From the sequence record DRR723986_10959: a stretch of 39,663 nt of DNA. One strand, written 5' to 3'. Below, in pieces: positions 37,296 to 39,663 of this stretch; position 1 is the first letter of the stretch, and each line of letters opens with the position of its first letter. A program made the position numbers and the translations under genes. Under the pieces are notes generated by a model, which saw only the letters and a list, made by a program, of their open reading frames with translations, ran no database searches and was not told where the DNA came from.

Positions 37296-37377
37296 TTTAT
37301 ATAATTATCCGTAACAATTTTGCCCCTCTATTTTAATAGGAGAGCGCATAAACATTAATTAACTTGTAACAAGTTGG

Positions 37378-37698
37378 TTAGGATAATTCAGGAGGTGGGG
37401 ACGGAACCCCTGGAAGATAGACTGTATTCTTTAAGAAGATATTTGAAAAATAATTTTTAGTATTCCAATTACTTGATTCTTGATGATCAATATCGAAATT
37501 CATCAACTTCTTAGATTCATTATCATCTACCTCTTCTTCTGATTCTTCAGAATCTTCTTCCTCTTCTTGAATATTGAAGCAGTTTGTTTGATCAGATAAG
37601 TCATCCATGTTGTCTTGTATAAAAACAACTCCAGCCACTAACACTGGTGTAACCAGTATGAACGAAAATAATACAGCTATGATTTTAAATCTTATCAT
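37378..37698 (-). CDS. Small membrane-targeted acidic protein ending in PSPPPELS (candidate regulatory leader ORF)
   Basis: Hydrophobic N-terminus, poly-Glu/Asp tract and Pro-rich C-terminus. First ORF after a promoter and 82 nt upstream of sulP. Confidence 0.7.
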   Translation of the reverse strand: MIRFKIIAVLFSFILVTPVLVAGVVFIQDNMDDLSDQTNCFNIQEEEEDSEESEEEVDDNESKKLMNFDIDHQESSNWNTKNYFSNIFLKNTVYLPGVPSPPPELS

Positions 37699-37733
37699 CT
37701 AAACGACCTTTACGGCATTCCCTTGAATCTATA

Positions 37734-37741
37734 CAAAAATA
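37734..37741 (-). promoter_or_regulatory. -7 element for the leader-sulP-carbonic anhydrase operon
   Basis: Minus strand TATTTTTG, 35 nt upstream of the leader ATG. Confidence 0.6.
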
Positions 37742-37854
37742 ACATTTTCAGTATGTAAAGCTTTTAAACATTCGGTTTTTTTTACTGATTATAAATAAAA
37801 GATGAAGTTTAATTGATCTGTTTTCACTAAATTTAACCCAAGACAAAAGCAAAG

Positions 37855-38241
37855 ATGACCCTATACATTGAAGGACAAAGACGATCGTTAAAAGTGGATA
37901 TTAATTCTGAAACTGGAGAATTTTTATTTGCAGGTGTATCATTACCTGAAAACACGAATTCATTTTTCCAACCGGTAATAGAAGAAATTGAAGCTTATTT
38001 GGAAAACCCTAAAGAACACACTACTATTAACTTTTTTGTAGAGTATCTCAATACAAGTTCTGCACTTTTTTTAAGAAGAATAGTGTTGTTGTGTGAGGAA
38101 GCGATTGATGAAGGTAAATTAACAGTGAATTGGCATTACGAAAAAGATGATGAGGACATTCAGGAGTTTGGATATGATTTTCAATCCATCTTCAAGAAAG
38201 TAAGGGTTGAAGTCAAAGAAATTGAGGAAAACCCTTACTAG
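37855..38241 (+). CDS. SiaC family (DUF1987) regulatory phosphoprotein
   Basis: GVSLPEN...FFQP, YLNTSS and VNWHYEKDDEDIQEFG. Confidence 0.8.
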   Translation: MTLYIEGQRRSLKVDINSETGEFLFAGVSLPENTNSFFQPVIEEIEAYLENPKEHTTINFFVEYLNTSSALFLRRIVLLCEEAIDEGKLTVNWHYEKDDEDIQEFGYDFQSIFKKVRVEVKEIEENPY

Positions 38242-38894
38242 TCAATCTTTTTCCAACAAGACTCGCACAGTACTCCTGTACTGTTATCAATAGTGGTTAT
38301 TTTTTCGTTAGCATCATTCATTAGACATGCCTTTTCAGGACAATGATGTAATCCTAACACATGGCCAATTTCATGACAAGAAATGCGCGTTAAACGAGTA
38401 TAGAACTGAGCTTTTGTGCCATTTTTATGCAACCTGTTGGATGACACTACACAGGCCGATCCTTTTACCCTTCCTAATCCATAAATACCAAAATCACGAT
38501 ATTGCCAAGTGGGTTCTTTAATTTTTTTCGTCCCCTTTTTGTATTTGGTTATTGAGATATCCTTATTAGTTAAGCCAATTACAATATCTACACTGTCTGG
38601 TTTGTGATCAGTTAACCATTGCACCAAGGTGTCGGCCCTATATCGAGGGTATCTAATTTCTGTAAAGGCATTTTTAGGCAATTGTACTGAATTGAGTATA
38701 ACCACTTCAAAATCGTACATTTTTTCAATGCTGAGTTTAACTGAATCAATTTCAGTTTGAGCCACATTTCCAAAGGGTTGAATTCCTACTTTGGTTTCTC
38801 CAGACCAAGAGCCAAATTTTCCAGACTTTTCACAAGAAATAAAAAGGGCAATTCCGAAAATCAGAATCGCCCTAATAGCTTTTTTATTTTTCAT
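38238..38894 (-). CDS. Archaemetzincin-like (M54) zinc metalloprotease lipoprotein
   Basis: Lipobox FISC, HEIGHVLGLHHC...CLM...LCESC. Confidence 0.85.
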   Translation of the reverse strand: MKNKKAIRAILIFGIALFISCEKSGKFGSWSGETKVGIQPFGNVAQTEIDSVKLSIEKMYDFEVVILNSVQLPKNAFTEIRYPRYRADTLVQWLTDHKPDSVDIVIGLTNKDISITKYKKGTKKIKEPTWQYRDFGIYGLGRVKGSACVVSSNRLHKNGTKAQFYTRLTRISCHEIGHVLGLHHCPEKACLMNDANEKITTIDNSTGVLCESCWKKID

Positions 38895-38901
38895 AGACGA
38901 C

Positions 38902-39663
38902 TTATTTCATATCAATCGCCTGAAGTGTGTTTAACATTAATGATGCAATAGTCATAGGACCAACTCCTCCAGGAACTGGAGTAATGTATGAAGATTTTGC
39001 CGCCACTTCGTCAAATTTAACATCTCCTAACAATTTAAATCCTGACTTTTTGCTCTCGTCTTTTACACGTGTGATTCCGACATCTACTACCACTACTCCT
39101 TCTTTCACCATATCTGCTGTGAGAAACTCACTTTTACCTAAGGCAACAATCACAATATCCGCTCTTTTAGTAATCTCCTTCAAATTTTGAGTTCTCGAGT
39201 GAGTCAATGTTACGGTACAATTACCAATTTTAGTATTTCTCGCCATTAACACTGACATTGGAGACCCCACAATATGGCTTCTTCCTATTACAACGCAATC
39301 TTTTCCAGAAGTTTCAATGTTGTATCGATCTAACAATTCTAATATTCCAGCTGGAGTTGCTGGTAAAAAACAAGGCAAATTCAACATCATTCGCCCCAAA
39401 TTCTCTGGATGAAATCCATCTACATCTTTCATTGGATCTATTGCCAAGGTCACCTTGTGTTCATCTATATGATCTGGTAAGGGAAGCTGAACAATGAATC
39501 CATCTATATCTTCATTCGTATTCAACTCAGTGATTTTAGCCAGTAATTCATCTTCAGTTACCGAAGTTGGCAATTTAATTAAGGTAGATTCAAAGCCTAC
39601 CTTCTCACAGGCCTTTACCTTTGCATTAACATAAGTTAAGCTAGCTCCATTATCTCCAACTAT
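38902..39663 (-). CDS. folD: Methylene-THF dehydrogenase/cyclohydrolase (5'-truncated by the window edge)
   Basis: The frame stays open to the window end ([23 protein letters not shown]...). [24 protein letters not shown] and [12 protein letters not shown]. Confidence 0.96.
   Translation of the reverse strand: MVGDNGASLTYVNAKVKACEKVGFESTLIKLPTSVTEDELLAKITELNTNEDIDGFIVQLPLPDHIDEHKVTLAIDPMKDVDGFHPENLGRMMLNLPCFLPATPAGILELLDRYNIETSGKDCVVIGRSHIVGSPMSVLMARNTKIGNCTVTLTHSRTQNLKEITKRADIVIVALGKSEFLTADMVKEGVVVVDVGITRVKDESKKSGFKLLGDVKFDEVAAKSSYITPVPGGVGPMTIASLMLNTLQAIDMK

Noticed and set aside
35983-37314. Long antisense ORFs opposite sulP (also those opposite hbd, nusB, the ABC transporter, the antiporter, the helicase and folD)
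   Set aside because: They are typical antisense shadows of well-supported genes, with no motifs of their own.
37361-37375. Palindrome AACTTGT-A-ACAAGTT as a stand-alone operator or terminator
   Set aside because: There is no U-tract and no nearby promoter. I treat it as an internal element of the proposed leader structure instead.

Overview
AT-rich, gene-dense chromosomal segment from a Bacteroidota organism, most likely Flavobacteriales/Crocinitomicaceae-like. This is inferred from TAnnTTTG promoters, Shine-Dalgarno-less A-rich starts, a T9SS C-terminal domain and the ldh-nusB-DUF1573-yajC and rpsF-rpsR-rplI gene orders. Most genes are housekeeping: comB, hbd, rpsF/rpsR/rplI, a split dnaX, nusB, yajC, ttcA, trxB, recR, menC and a partial folD. 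I saw no rRNA, tRNA, CRISPR array, transposase or integrase. Two regions stand out. (1) A membrane-targeted acidic leader ORF ending in PSPPPELS* precedes a SulP transporter plus beta-carbonic anhydrase operon. Its last codons are complementary to the sulP translation-initiation region, suggesting an undescribed ribosome-stalling switch. (2) A 9.4-kb divergon combines a split Tat/lipoprotein 5'-nucleotidase, an EEP nuclease, a SusD-less TonB-dependent receptor, two OB-fold surface lipoproteins and a T9SS OB-fold protein, and looks like a nucleic-acid utilisation locus. Also noted: a dnaX frame break without a canonical slippery site, a REP-like cluster flanked by a duplicated gene end, a putative ~110-nt structured RNA, and a plant-SOS1-like Na+/H+ antiporter with a His-rich N-terminus. 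All family calls come from motif recognition by eye; no searches were run.
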